Source: Octopus sinensis (Eukaryota). Taken from it: a stretch of DNA of 64,000 nucleotides. The DNA lies in assembly GCF_006345805.1 (NCBI RefSeq), contig NC_043004.1, positions 106,826,001 through 106,890,000 on the forward strand, written 5' to 3'. The notes under the pieces were generated by a model, which was not told the origin of the DNA, searched no databases, and was given only the letters and a program-made list of their open reading frames with translations. The translations under genes were made by a program, and so were the position numbers. Shown here piece after piece: positions 11,932 through 25,147 of this stretch (position 1 is the stretch's first letter; each line of letters opens with the position of its first letter).

Positions 11932-14190
11932 ACCTTTAAAAGTTTTTATTACCATGCTGGCCACTTGATAAGTTTGATATTTAAATAACGATCTTACCTT
12001 ATTTATATAAATTTATATATGTATTTTTGAAATATGTAGTTGGCATGTGTAAGCAGCATTGAGAGTTAATCAAATATTTAGATTAATTTAAATATGTCTG
12101 GGATTGCTTGACCTGTAAAAAAATCATTCCCACTGCAATTTGCCATGAATTAAATTAGTTCAAATGCAAATTGACTGTAGTATTTATCCAGACATAAAAT
12201 CTTTTATGTGTTATGTTTTAAAATACAATATACATCAGAAGATGAAGATCATCCCACCAGCAGTTGCAGCAGCTTGCTAGAATGCCAGATACATTTCAGC
12301 CCTTCTGGACCTTGTCAATGGCAGATACTCAAAGTCAACTACATAGGAAACATAAAATAAAGCATTCACTGGTATTGCAAATAGTTGCCTGGCTAAATGA
12401 AAATTCACTATATGCAATAAAAATACTATTAAATCAAAATAGCCATCTATGTATCATACTTAATGCAAATACATTGTTGATAAGTCTCAATGACACCAAA
12501 TGGCATCTGGTGTTCTCACTAGCTGCAGCTGCCATCCAAGAATTTGGACCTGGAGATCTCCATTTCCAACGACTTCGAGGGGCACCTCCCAGTGGTGTCG
12601 GGCGTCAACGAAGAGCCCTCGAATACAAGATGACCAAAATTTTTTTTTTCCTGCTCCTAAGCCCTAGACCATCACCTAATCACCCTTACCCATCTTGTTT
12701 CTTAACAACAACAACAACTAGCTGCAGCTGGGATAACTCATGCCTCCATTCAACATGTGTTGTGTTTCTAAACATGTCCATAAAAATATTATCTCTGGAT
12801 GAATACCACAGTAAATTTGCCTTTCAACAATGTACATTGTATTTACATTGAGTATGATATACAGATGGCAATATTATTTTAATATTGCTTCTGTACAAAA
12901 TAACAAAAACATGCACATACACACACACATACACACATACACACATACACACACACATACACACACACATATATAAATGATGGGCTTCTTTCAGTTCCCA
13001 TGCACCAAATCCACTCACAAGGCTTTGGTCAGCCCAAAGCTATAGTAGAAGACACTCACCCAAGGTGCCATACAGTGGAACTGAACATGGAACCATGTGG
13101 TTGGAAAGCAAGATCCTTACCACACAGCCACACCAGTACAATTGTACTGTATAATTTTAAGCATACATATTAATGCAAAAATGTAGGTATGATTTCTTGC
13201 ACACTGACATTAATACTATGCAAAGAAGATTGTGAAACAGACATAATTCTTTGGGAGTCACATAGCTGAATAAATTCACATCTAACAAACTTCTGACTTT
13301 ATGCTTTATATACACCACACACATATACAAACACACACATACAAGCACACTCATATATGTGTGTGTATTTATATACATACACACACGCATACATACTCAC
13401 ACATGCACACACAATATATATATATATACACACATATATACTTATCTATCTATCTATTTATCTCTCTCTCTATATATATATATAATGATTATGATATATA
13501 TATATATATATATTGTATGTGTTTAGCTGACACTTAACCACTGTTTTACATTCAATCTGTCCAGATCCTGCCTCTCACACATGCCTGGCCATGTCATTCT
13601 AAAGATAAACAATCACATCATCAAGATCTCAAAGCTATGAGATAATGCTTGATTAATGTGAATAATTAAGCATTACATTTCACAGAATAATCCAAAAGCT
13701 AAAGAGTTAAACCATTTTAACTGACTAGAGAAACAAAATCCTCCGATATTCATCTAAAAGACAGACCATTGACATCAACCAGAGTCATTATTCTGATGTT
13801 ATTATCAAACTTTCCATCTAATTATAGATATTCCTGTTAAAAAAAAAAAAAAACTTATATTTCAATGGACCAAAGACAAAAGAAATTAAATTTGAACTAT
13901 AAACAGCCTTAATAATGTAAACATTAGTGATGGCAGATACTTAAGATATGTATTTTGTTTATGCGCTCATTAGCTGTGGGATAGCATCTAGAAGAAAAGT
14001 CCCTTAACCTTTTAGCATTTAAACTGACCATATCCGGCCGAAATATCTTACCTGTTTTGACATTCAAACTGGTAGCCTCACACACCTACCCTACAATGTC
14101 ATTCTAAAAATAAATAATCACCTCATTGAAACCTCAAACCTATGAGATAATACATGATTGATACAAGACAATAAGAATAAATTAGAATTA

Positions 14191-14743
14191 TTGGGTTGTC
14201 CGGAAAGTTCATGCCGATTTATAGTAGCTTACCTTTCAATTTATTTTAGAACATGGTTGAGTCCATAAAATAGGATTCGACTACACCTCCATTTAGAGCA
14301 CAGTTTAAGCTATCTTTTCGTGGAAGAAGGTTTATGTTCCTATAACCTGTGTTAATTCTGTAACCCTTTAAAATGGGAGATAAGAAAGTTTATTTTCGGC
14401 ACTTGATGCTTTGGGAACCAGACAAAAATTGCAGATGTGTTACCCTACCCTCCATATTCACCAGATATTGCTCCTTTGGATTGCCACTTATTCAGGTCTC
14501 TGCAGAATAGTCTTAATGGTAAAAATTTCAATTCCTTGGATGACGTAAAAAGATACCTTGATGAATTCTTTGCCATGAAACCTCCTCAATTCTGGGAAGC
14601 GGGTATTTTCAAGTTAAAGGAAAGATGGAGACGCATTGTGCAGCAAAATGGTTCATATTTAGTTGATTAAAAATATAATGGCAAGTATTTATTGACCTTT
14701 TTCTTTCCCTTAAAAATCGGCATGAACTTTCCGGACAACCCAA
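14191..14743 (+). mobile_element. Internally deleted mariner, nested in a piggyBac-like MITE (14004-14780)
   Basis: Perfect 30-bp TIRs ttgggttgtccggaaagttcatgccgattt, TA TSD, ORF PPYSPDIAPLDCHLFRSLQN...WRRIVQQNGSY. Confidence 0.95.
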
Positions 14744-15530
14744 TACATTCAGCTGAGTAATCTGAACGCAAAAGAGTTAATGACACTTACTTTGAAGTAT
14801 TCAGTGTTTTTTAACACGTAACATCTTAAAGGGAATTTTACCCTTGGTACTATCCTACAGCTAATGAGCACAGACAAAACACATATATTAAGCATATGAC
14901 ATTGATGATGTGAAAGGAAATGAATTATTTTAAATTTTGTCAAACTTGGCTCTTTTTTGTATAATAGTGGAAACAACATTTGTCATAATTTATTCAAATC
15001 AGAAAACTTTTGTTCTGCCCACTTTCATTCCACCTAGGGCCCTCAATGCCAAGACAGTGACATGTATAAACCTGGAATCAGTAGGAAATTTTAAATGGTT
15101 TTTTGGTCAACTATTCTCATTCAGGTTTCTTTTAAAATTGACTCAGAAGAAAAAGTGGCTGAGTTCCTTTTGAGTGTTCGGCCCCACGGAGGCAATGGCC
15201 AAGACCTTTGGCATTATGTCATGCTTGAGAAGAAGACCCATCAAGCCAACCAAAATCACATTCATGGCAGATATCAGAGTCACGCAAATGGTACCCTTGC
15301 CAGTGGCATGTAAAAGCACCCATTACACTCTCAGAGTGGTTGGCATTAGGAAGGGCATCCAACCATAGAAAACCATGCAAAATCAATCTGGAGTCTGTTG
15401 CAGCCTACCAGTGTGCCAGCCCAGTCAAACCGTCCAACCCATGCCAGCATGGACAATGAACGTTAAATGATGATGATGATGAGGAGGAGGAGGAGGATGA
15501 CAATGATGATGATGTAATAAATAAACTTAC

Positions 15531-15847
15531 GATCAGAGTAATATTCATGTACAAGCATTTCCCATTGATTTGAGGCAATTTTTGACAAAACTTTCAGGTG
15601 CTTTTTATGGTCTTCGTGTGACATTTTGAACTGAATATCAAAATTTTGTTGTAGAAATGGTACTTCCAATTTGTGGACCAAGTTAAACTCACTATCATCA
15701 ACTTTCTCAAAAGAAAATTTATTGGCAACGTTTGTAGATTTCAATTCATGGCTGTAATTAAAATAGTTTGTTTTTTCTATCAAGTGGAACGTCATCTCAG
15801 TGTTCTTAGGTAAACGGTTGCCCTTGAAGGAGATCTCAGCCCACTTC
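15531..15847 (-). CDS. LLTP exon
   Basis: cattttcag|(K)KWAEISFKGN...EMLVHEYYSD C|gtaagt; 317 nt, phase 2 to 1. Confidence 0.92.
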
Positions 15848-16528
15848 CTGAAAATGGAATGGTGAATTTCATTTAAAAACAATTATGAAGTTTCCAAATA
15901 TATTGTTATCAAAAGTCTATAGTCATATGGGATTAACTTTTATTGTGCAGGAGCCAAGCTTGTTTCATTCCATTCATGTGCATCGGACACACAGGAATTA
16001 AGTTATCTAATTTTTGGTAGTGGGATACTTTTCAGAATTCTCCACATGGTGCCAGATAAAAGCAGCCCAGTACACTCTGTGAAGTAGTTGGGTTAGCATT
16101 AGGAAGGACGTCCAGCCATAGAAACCACGCCAAAACTAACAGCACAGTCCTCTGGCTTGCCTGCTCCTGCCAAACCATCCAACCCATGCCAGCATAGAAT
16201 GCTGACATTAAATGATGATGATGATGATGATAGTAGTGGTGGTGGTGGTGGTGGTGGTGGTTGTGGTGGTATGGTAGTGGTGATGTTGATGATGATACAA
16301 GTTAAACAGCAAATTTTTCAATGTTTTCCTCTGTTGTTTCCTTTCCAATTTATGATAAAGACTAGAACTCTACTAATTTGGGGACCAGGATGTGTTGACG
16401 CTACAATAATTCACTCTGTAAACATTTACTGTATCAGAACAGAACTCTTGAGAAATATTTGTGTCCAACCCTGCAAGCTGAGAGAGGCAGGGGAATAAAA
16501 CATGGCTAACCCTCCTGCAAAGAAATTT

Positions 16529-16815
16529 ACTTCTTCTTCTCTCCTTCCCTCTTCCTCCACCTCCTTCTCCTCCTCCTCCGTCCTATCTTCCTTCTTTCTC
16601 TCCTCCTACTCCTCCACCTCCTCCTCCTTTTCTTCCTCTTCCCCTCTTCCTTCCTCCTTCCCCCCGCCACTCTCCACTTCCTCCTCCCTCCCCTCTGCTC
16701 TTCTTTACCTCTCCTTTCCTCTCCTCTTCTTTCTTCCTACCCCTCCTTATCCACCTGTCCTCCTTCCCCCTTCATCTTCACCCCACCTCCTCCCCTCCTT
16801 GCTCCTCCATGACAT
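16529..16815. repeat. Polypyrimidine low-complexity tract (CTT/CTC)
   Basis: About 290 nt almost purely C/T on plus strand. Confidence 0.9.
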
Positions 16816-17169
16816 GCCTCCTCCAAGTTACAAATATCTGAACTGAGGGGTAAAGGAATGAATTTCAAGTGACAATCTGATTGACTAACTACAATTGGTA
16901 AGCAGGGATTCCAAAGCTAACTTCAAGTTGCCCCAATCAGACAAGCAACAGAATGGCAGAAAAAAAACATTGGGAGAGAAAAAAAACATGATGATGATAA
17001 TGATGATCTGTGGTGGTGGATTTGTTGATGAAGATGATGATGATGATGATGACTTAGTATGCAAATTTTGTTTTTGCTGGCCAAAACAAAGAAGTTGAGA
17101 GGACAGATTTGCATTTGATTAGCATATGTTGCAACACTAGCAAAAAAAATGTTGGGTTCAGTGGTGATG

Positions 17170-17785
17170 GGTGACCTTTGAACGTTGGGCCTCACAGAGG
17201 CAATGACGAAAGACCGAGATCTCTGGAGATATGCTGTGACTGCAAAGACCCGACAAATAATGTGAGTTCATGGCTGTTTCCTGCACCAGTTTCACATAGC
17301 AGCCCCAGCCCATCCAAAGTACCTTGGATTGCAGAACGACCTGCTGTGCTTACCTTGGATTGTAGGGTGACCTGCAGTGCTTGAGGAGACCTATTGAATC
17401 AAGTACATCAACATCAAAATAAATATCAAATGGAAATTGTAGTTGTAATACCTGTGCCAGTGGCACGTAAAAAGCACCATCCGAACATGGCCAATGCCAG
17501 TGCCGCCTTGACTGGCTTCTGTGCTGGTGGCACGTAAAAAGCACCAACCAATCGTGGCCGCTGCCAGCCTCCTCTGGCACCTGTACCGGTGGCATGTAAA
17601 AAGCACCCTCTACACTCACAGAGTGGTTGGCGTTAGGAAGGGCATCCAGCTGTAGAAACACTACCAGATCAGACTGGAGCCTGGTGCAGCCTCCTGGTTT
17701 CCCAGACCCTGGTCGAACTGTCCAACCCATGCTAGCACGGAAAACGGACGTTAAACGATGCTGCTGCTGCTGATGATGATGATGA
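17170..17785 (+). mobile_element. RTE LINE 3' end with internal subrepeats and (GAT)n tail
   Basis: gacctttgaacgttgggcct..gatatgctgtg (ORF2 end) then ggcgttaggaagggcatcc...ggacgttaaacgatg; related tails at about 3560, 10120, 10560, 15170, 16050, 32615, 37555, 40010, 54830, 57040, 57370, 58090. Confidence 0.82.
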
Positions 17786-17885
17786 TATTGAAAACAACCT
17801 GGCCACACCTCCACTTAGACACATTCCTACATTCATACATGGATGCATCCACTGTTTAATTAATGAAACCAATGAAAAGACTTAC

Positions 17886-18199
17886 TTTTCTCCATCCAGT
17901 ATTTGGGCAACACCAAACGCTGCATCGGCCTTGATCTTCTCCTGACCATGCCACTGGGGGTAATTGATATCAACCATAACTTTGTGTTCAGTGCTGTATA
18001 TTGTTTTAGATCTTGGGTTCACCTGTGGGATGGTCTCAAGTTGGATTGATACACGAGTTATCCAATTTTCGGGTCCATTTTTCAAAAAGTCATAAGCCTT
18101 ATAAAAGATATCATGGTGGGGTCCTGGTGAAAAGGTTGGAGAAGGACTTGGCTGCGTAGGTGGTGGTGGTCTGGTTCTAACTTCTGGTTTGGGTGTTTC
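17886..18199 (-). CDS. LLTP exon with Pro-rich linker
   Basis: ttgccatag|ETPKPEVRTRPPPPTQPSPSPTFSPG...AFGVAQILDGE AA|gtaagt; 314 nt, phase 0 to 2. Confidence 0.9.
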
Positions 18200-18500
18200 C
18201 TATGGCAATAAGAAACAATAATTAAACAAGTATATAAATAATTAATATATATATATAATTAAACTATTGGTGCAGGCATGGTTGTGTGGTAAAAAGCTTG
18301 CTTCCCAACCACATGGTTCTATGTTCAGTCCCTTGGCAAGTGTCTTCTATTATAGCCTCTGACTGACAAAAGCCTATTGATTGGATTTGGTAGATAGAAA
18401 CCAAAAGAAGCCCATCATATATCTGCTAAATTCAAAGGAGCCAGCTGAATGTGGTAGCATCGAAATCAAACATTTACTTACGGAGACAGCGATTTTATAA

Positions 18501-18608
18501 CACCTGAGGAGATACCGCCAGGTCCTATTATACAGGTAAACCATTACTTAATTTAAATTAAAATCCTGCATATATGTGGATTTATGTTGTATCGAAACGT
18601 GTGTAGTG
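18501..18608 (+). ncRNA. Minimal type I hammerhead ribozyme motif (antisense to host gene)
   Basis: cac-CTGAGGA-gatac-[73 nt]-gtatc-GAAAC-gtgt-GTA-gtg; core intact, stem I only 3 bp. Confidence 0.5.
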
Positions 18609-20314
18609 ATCATTAAACAGCTGTTTAATCGCACTCCCTCTTCCTTTTGACAATTTATTCTCTCCTTTCTATTTTTCACACGTGGAATGAATAAGCCTAG
18701 AATTGGTAGTATACCATAATACTGCTGGTTCTCTGGTAATTCTAAGGGTGAATGAGCTCTATTTTGTACTCTAATACGTTCTGTATGGAATACACCTCAA
18801 CTATGTATATATATATGTATATATATAGTACAAAGTAAGATAGGGGTTATGGGTGTAACCCACCATGGGATATCATTTATCCAATATACATATATACATA
18901 TAAATATATATATATATACATACATATATACATATGAATATATATATACACACACATACATACACACACACATATATATGTAATGTATATATGTATGTGT
19001 GTGTGTCTTTGTGTTTGTGTTTGTTCCCATCATCATTTGACAACCAATGTTGATGTATTTATGTCCCTGTAACTTAGCAGTATGTCAAAAGAGACTAATA
19101 GAATAAGTACAAGTCTTCAAAAAAGGTAAATAAGTCAATAGACTAACATTCTTCAAGGCAGTGCCCCAGCATGGCCGCAGTCTAATTAATGACTGAAACA
19201 AGTACAAGACAAATGATAGCAAGTTAATCTATGCTATTCCTTTTTAGTAAAAAGATTTTCAGCTTTCACCGCTGAAACTGTTTCCAATGAAGAATTCTAG
19301 TTTTCTACCATAATTGCTTTCATTAATTTTCGAATTTGTATGTTTTGAAAAGCAAAACCCCAGTTAAATCTTTAAAGTTCTGTTAAACCAAGATTGGTTC
19401 TTCCCAATTTGGTACCTCACCAAAGTTTTGAAAATCAACTTAGCATTTTATTTCAATAGAATTAATGATTAAATACCTGTACAACACAAAGAATTTTGAC
19501 AGTTGGTTCTGTTTCTCTTGTGTGAAACAAAACTACAGTAGAAACACTTGTTTAACCCTTCCATTACTGCAATTCTGTTGAGATGCTCTGTGTTTCTTTC
19601 AATTACTTTAAATATAACAAAGAATTTAGTAAAATAACTTAGTTATCATTCAGCTAGTGTTAGGAACATAAATTGTGACTAAGGTTTGGTTGAAGATTTT
19701 AATTCAAAACTTATGAAAACAAGACATTTGTACTCAGAGCCAGAGCTGGCTTCAGCCAGGTTAGTAATGAAAGGATTACCTCTTTACTATCCAGGTAACT
19801 CTGTCAAATGTAATACCTTATTATTCAAATTGTTTTGACTTAATCTTGCATTGTTTTATAGCTTTGAGCTTTTGATGAGTTAACTGTTAATTTTTTAGAA
19901 TGATACTGTATATTTGAGCTGGATATGGGGGCCAGTTTAAATTCTAAAGGTTTAAAGTATCATTCAGTGAAACTGAACCCAAAAACCTGAACTATATGCT
20001 TACAAACCAAAAATCTTCACCAAACAGCTACTCTTGCACCTGTTTATTTACAGGTAATACCTAAAGAATTTTTAAATTATTGCAAACCAATGTTAAAACG
20101 TGATATATACTGTTATAGACATGACATTATATGTGATACCACAATATATGCAAGAATAGAGCAACTCTACCAGAGAAAGAAATATCAAGTTCTGTGTACA
20201 ATAATAGCATTACAAGCAAGTCTCTGCATGGTACAGACGAATATATGACAGATTTGGTGGAGGTAGAGGGTTTTAGAGTAACATAAGAAGAATATAAAGT
20301 TCTGAGGATCGAAC

Positions 20315-20392
20315 CTGAAAATCTCCAGCGCTTATCCTCTTGGCAAGATCAGAAAGCTTTTTCAGAAGTTTCTTAGTTGAACGTTTTTTTCT
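20315..20392 (-). CDS. LLTP exon beginning with RKKR furin-type motif
   Basis: ttactttcag|RKKRSTKKLLKKLSDLAKRISAGDFQ|gttcga; 78 nt, only phase 0 is open. Confidence 0.72.
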
Positions 20393-21395
20393 CTGAAAGT
20401 AAGTAAGCAAATATAAAATTTAATGTGTGTGTGTGTGTGTCCGTGTCCACGTGTGTATGTGTATGTATTGAAATGGGAACTATTTACTTATTTACTTAAA
20501 AGTCTGTTGGAGGAACTGTTCAGATGATAGTTTACAAGAATATTTATGGCAGTAATGACAAGGAGGTAATTTTAGAATCTATTGGACATTTAATAACCAT
20601 TTCTATGGTTAGTATAATATAGCATTATATACATATAATTATTACATTCTACACACCCGCCCCAATGCACAAGCCTCAAAATATAATCTATATATATAAA
20701 TATATTTATAATATTATTCAAATAAAATCTCAAGATTTCTATATTTTAAATTGTAATCATGTATTCGGAAACAAGTACCCAACTTGATGTCAAGATTCGA
20801 GAACACCGAATATTTTATTGGGAGTGAAGGGCTTCAGAAGAAGAGCCAAATATTGTTGGTTTTGTATCTGTACAAAATACATCGACCTTGTAATGCCAGG
20901 TTGACAGAGGTGAAAGCACATGGCTTAGCAGTCAGGGGTATTTGGCTCACAATCACAAGGTTGTGAGTTTGATTCCCAGGAGTGTGTTATGTCGTTAAGT
21001 AAGACACTATTTCATCTTGCTCCAGTCCACCCAGCTGGCAAAAATGAATTGTACCTGTAATACAATGGGCAAGTCTTGACACATTCTATATAAAGCTGAA
21101 TCTCTCTGAGAACCATGTTAAAGGTATATGTCTGTGGAGTGCTCAGCCATTTGCATGCTAATTTTACAAGCAGGCAGTTCTGTGGAATGGATCAACAGGA
21201 ACCCTCATTGTCATAATTGACAGAGAGCCAGTTTGGGTTGACAGAGAGATTTATGAAGTTCTAAGTAGTTACTCAGTGAAGCAACACCATAAAATTGTAA
21301 AATGGTGCATCACCAGCAGCATAAAAGGACCAAAGTCAGTGTAAGATTTTATAAGAGAATGGCACAAGTTATAGTTGCCAATGGGATATTTTTAC

Positions 21396-21467
21396 GTTTG
21401 TAATCATACTTTTGTATTTTATATTCAGCATGTTTCCTCTATACAGATTAGACCATAATACATGTAT
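21396..21467 (-). CDS. Tentative LLTP exon
   Basis: Strong acceptor ttgttcccttttttcag|IHVLWSNLYRGNMLNIKYKSMITN|gtaaaa; 72 nt, phase 0 to 0; the chain also stays in frame if it is skipped. Confidence 0.5.
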
Positions 21468-22198
21468 CTGAAAAAAGGGAACAATAAAAACGCTTACGCA
21501 CAATACATACAATACAAAAGCTTCTTTCTGACAGGTCCCTCTCATACAGTTTCCCCACGAAATTTTTGTAAATAGTAACTTTTAAGAAAGTTTTTTTTTA
21601 AATATTATGATTGTGTCAAGAATCTTTTGCAAGAACTTCAAAATGTGTGTGTGTGTGTGTGTGTCTTGTGTGTGTGTGTGTGTGTGTGTCTGTGTGTGTG
21701 TCTGTGTGTGTGCATGTATGTTAACAAGGTAGGTATTTATGTATGCCAGTATGTTTTCCTTTGTGTTTAATATTTGTTCTTCTTCAGAAGGTTCAAGCCA
21801 GTTGCTAACAAAGCAACAAGATTTTTGGAATCAAGAAAGTTCCTGGTGTTGTTGGTTGAGCTGTTGGTGCATCTACTCCATCTAAAGAATCTCAGACAGA
21901 ATTTCTGGAATGTCTTACAGATCTCTACTGTGCCACTAACATATTGGATGTGGAGAATTTATGTCAGTTTCTTTTGCTCTTTTTTTCCATGAAATCAAGG
22001 TTTTTATGCAAATTTGTTGGTACATAAGCTAATGCACCTACGTATGTATGTATGTATGTATGTATGTATGTATGTATGTATGTGTATGTATGTATGTTTG
22101 CATGTGTATGTATGTATGTATGTATGTATGTATGTATGTATGTTTGTATGTATGTATGCATGTATGTATGTATGTATGTGTATGTATGTATGTTTGTT

Positions 22199-22254
<56 letters not shown>

Positions 22255-23376
22255 TGTGATGTCATTTTTTTAATGGTGTTACCTGTCACATTAGTTGTTT
22301 TTTTTCTATAAAAGGTAACTGATTGGCTGAGAAAAGAATGATTTGTAGCTTTGATAGTAATCCTATAAATGTTTGTTTTGATGGTTACTGACATATGTTC
22401 ATCTCTAATGACCTCCTCCACAGACTCAGTGACAGCTGTCTTATGTTATTGATTGTTGTCACAGTCTCCACTGAGAGTAGAAACTTCACATTCAACAGAG
22501 ATCTCACTCTAGGAGAGAAAGGAGAAGCCCATTGTGAATGATGAATAATAATAATAATAATAATTAACAGACCCATGATCCAAGGTGAAATTTGCTTATT
22601 CAGAACCACAGACATTTCTTGAAGTGAAGTTAAATATAAGAGGTAGGACATTGTTATGACTAAACTCTTTACCTGGAAACCAAATGAATTTAGTTGAAAT
22701 TTTACATCTTGTATCACATAACTTGTAAGATTTTGGATGAAAATTTAAGTCCCTCTTTGTTCACCCCTACCATCCTCCACTCATATTGCCACTGCTTCAT
22801 CTTCTCTTCTTCTACCTCATTTAATTTATCAAATGTTCAAAATATAATTTTTGTTAATATTCTTTAATTGCTTTCATACTTATTTCATAGTTTTATAAGT
22901 AAACTAACAATTTTGAGTACAATAATTTTTTTCTTTTATCTCTGTTTATATGTTGATCTACTTATCTCTTATAATTCTGGTATATCATTATCTTCATCAT
23001 CATATGTGATAGAATCTCTTGTCAAAGATCACATCTAAGTGTTCAGTTTTTGTTGAATGATCTGCACAAATGATTTGTTTATAGTCATTAAATGCATGTC
23101 CCATATATTAGCTGACTACCCGCCATCAGGCTGACCCTGCCTGTATAGTTTTCTGCATGTTAGATGTCAAAATGATTGCAAGGCAATAAGAAATGAAGTG
23201 TTTTGCTCAAGAATACAATGTGCTACCTGATTCAGGAATCAAACCCACAATCTAGCAATTGTGAGTGCAACACCCTAAACATTAGGCCATACCTTCATAT
23301 ACATACACACACACATACATACATGCATACATACATACATACATACATACATACATACATACATACATACATACAT

Positions 23377-23905
23377 GATGGCCGTCCACTCATGACCGAG
23401 GAAGACCATTGCCGACCTTCAGGAACATTGTGCGCTCTAGGACTAACTTATATTTTGCATTTGTGGCTCTGTTGGTGGCTCATAAGCCCTGCTCTTGACA
23501 AGCATACACGACTGCAAACATTGTAGACCAAGCTTTCCCCATTCACTATACGAGGCGTGCGCTTTCGTGCAGCTCACTTAAGTTCTTCATGCTGGATACG
23601 TGCTCTCTCAAAAGTGTCGATCCCCTCCTTAACCTGCTTCCTCCATCTGTGGCGCTGACAGGCATTGTTCTCCTAGTCAGTGTCCTGCATATCAAAGGCC
23701 TTTAACGAGGACTTGACACAGTCCTTAAATCGCAGCCTTGGTTTCTGCCGGAGTCTCCTTCCATCACAAGTTCTCCATAGAGCATCTGCTTAGGAATCCT
23801 TCTATCCTCCATTCTAATAAGGTGTCCAGTCCAACGCAACTGGTGCTTGTGTACCACCGCCTCAATACTCAAGATATCAGCTGTCCTCAGGATCTGTGTG
23901 TCTGG
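23377..23905 (-). mobile_element. RTE (BovB-like) LINE 3' fragment, decayed
   Basis: SIEAVVHKHQLRWTGHLIRMEDRRIPKQMLYGEL...KPRLRFKDCVKSSLK; ends in a TATG array. Confidence 0.88.
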
Positions 23906-24812
23906 AATTTTTTACATTGCTTACATACATACATACATACAATACATACATACATATGTGTATGTGTGTATATATACATATATATGAATTTATGTACGTA
24001 TGGATGTGTGTGTGATATATAAATATATATACATATATACATTTTACAAAATGCATGATATAAATACACACACACACACATACATATATATATGTGTTTT
24101 ATTACAATTCTTCTTTCTTTCTTTGTTCCCTTTCCCTCTTTTCTTTATATAGAAGTATGGATCTAAATCCTTCAAAGGGATGTCAAACACCCAAGTTCAC
24201 TGGTTCACTCCAAAGCAAAGAATATCATATATATGAATCCATATATTCAATATTGGTATTATATATGTATAAGAATCAGTCCAAGGATAAAAACTGCAAA
24301 AATAACTTCCTCTTTAAGAGCCTGTGTGTTTGAAAAGGTTTAATAAAAGCGCTCACATACTAGAAAAAAGCTTCGTCCCCAAAAAGGTTAGTAACATCCT
24401 CATAAAAGATGTCATAATATTTCTTAAGAAAACTGTATTAAGTAATCCTAATAGACTTTCATGTGTGTGTGTGTCTGTGTGTGTGTGTCTGTGTGTGTGT
24501 GTGTGTAAAATTTTTATCTTCGAAGGATCAAAAATCCTTCCCTAGGCAATAAGTTCATAGGGCCAGTTTCCCAGATTCTGGGGCATATATATTCCACCCC
24601 TAAACAACACACAGGTCCATCATAGATTTTTCTCATTTGTGCCAGCTTAGTGAACTTAAGTAATGTAAAATGAAGTGTTTTTCGCAAGAGCACAACGCAT
24701 TGCTCGGTCCAGGAATTGAAACCGCAATCTTACGATCATCAGTACAACACTCCTAACCAATAAGCTACGCATTTTCCCATCCTTTTTCTTCAACGCATTA
24801 AAAAAAAAAAAG

Positions 24813-25147
24813 AGTGGCTGTGTAGTAAGTAGCTTGCTAACCAACCACATGGTTCCGGGTTCAGTCCCACTGCGTGGCACTTTGGTCAAGTGTCTTCTGC
24901 TATAGCCCCGGGCCGACCAATGCCTTGTGAGTGGATTTGGTAGACGGAAACTGAAAGAAGCCTGTCGTATATATGTATATATATATATGTATATGTATGT
25001 GTGTGTGTTTGTGTGTCTGTGTTTGTCCCCCTAGTATAGCTTGACAACCGATGCTAGTGTCCTCGTCACTTAGCGGTTGCTCGACTAAAGGTGGTGCTCC
25101 AGCATGGCCGCAGTCAAATGACTGAAACAAGTAAAAGAGTAAAGAGT
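24813..25147 (+). mobile_element. tRNA-derived SINE family A, near full length
   Basis: A box tggctgtgtag, B box gggttcagtccc, internal microsatellite, (aagagt) tail; about 18 copies or fragments in the window. Confidence 0.88.

Noticed and set aside
12264-12851. 195-aa plus-strand ORF
   Set aside because: Alternative start codon, no recognisable motif, low-complexity end, antisense within an intron
21774-21992. Open frames on both strands, including a Pro/Thr-rich DGVDAPTAQPTTPG read
   Set aside because: No usable donor before a stop; no family motif
22573-22672. Candidate exon VKSLVITMSY...SPWIM
   Set aside because: Weak donor gtctgt and no phase-1 route back to the 20392 exon
24371-24430. 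Candidate exon KYYDIFYEDVTNLFGDEAFF|gtatgt
   Set aside because: Phase-2 end has no credible partner downstream
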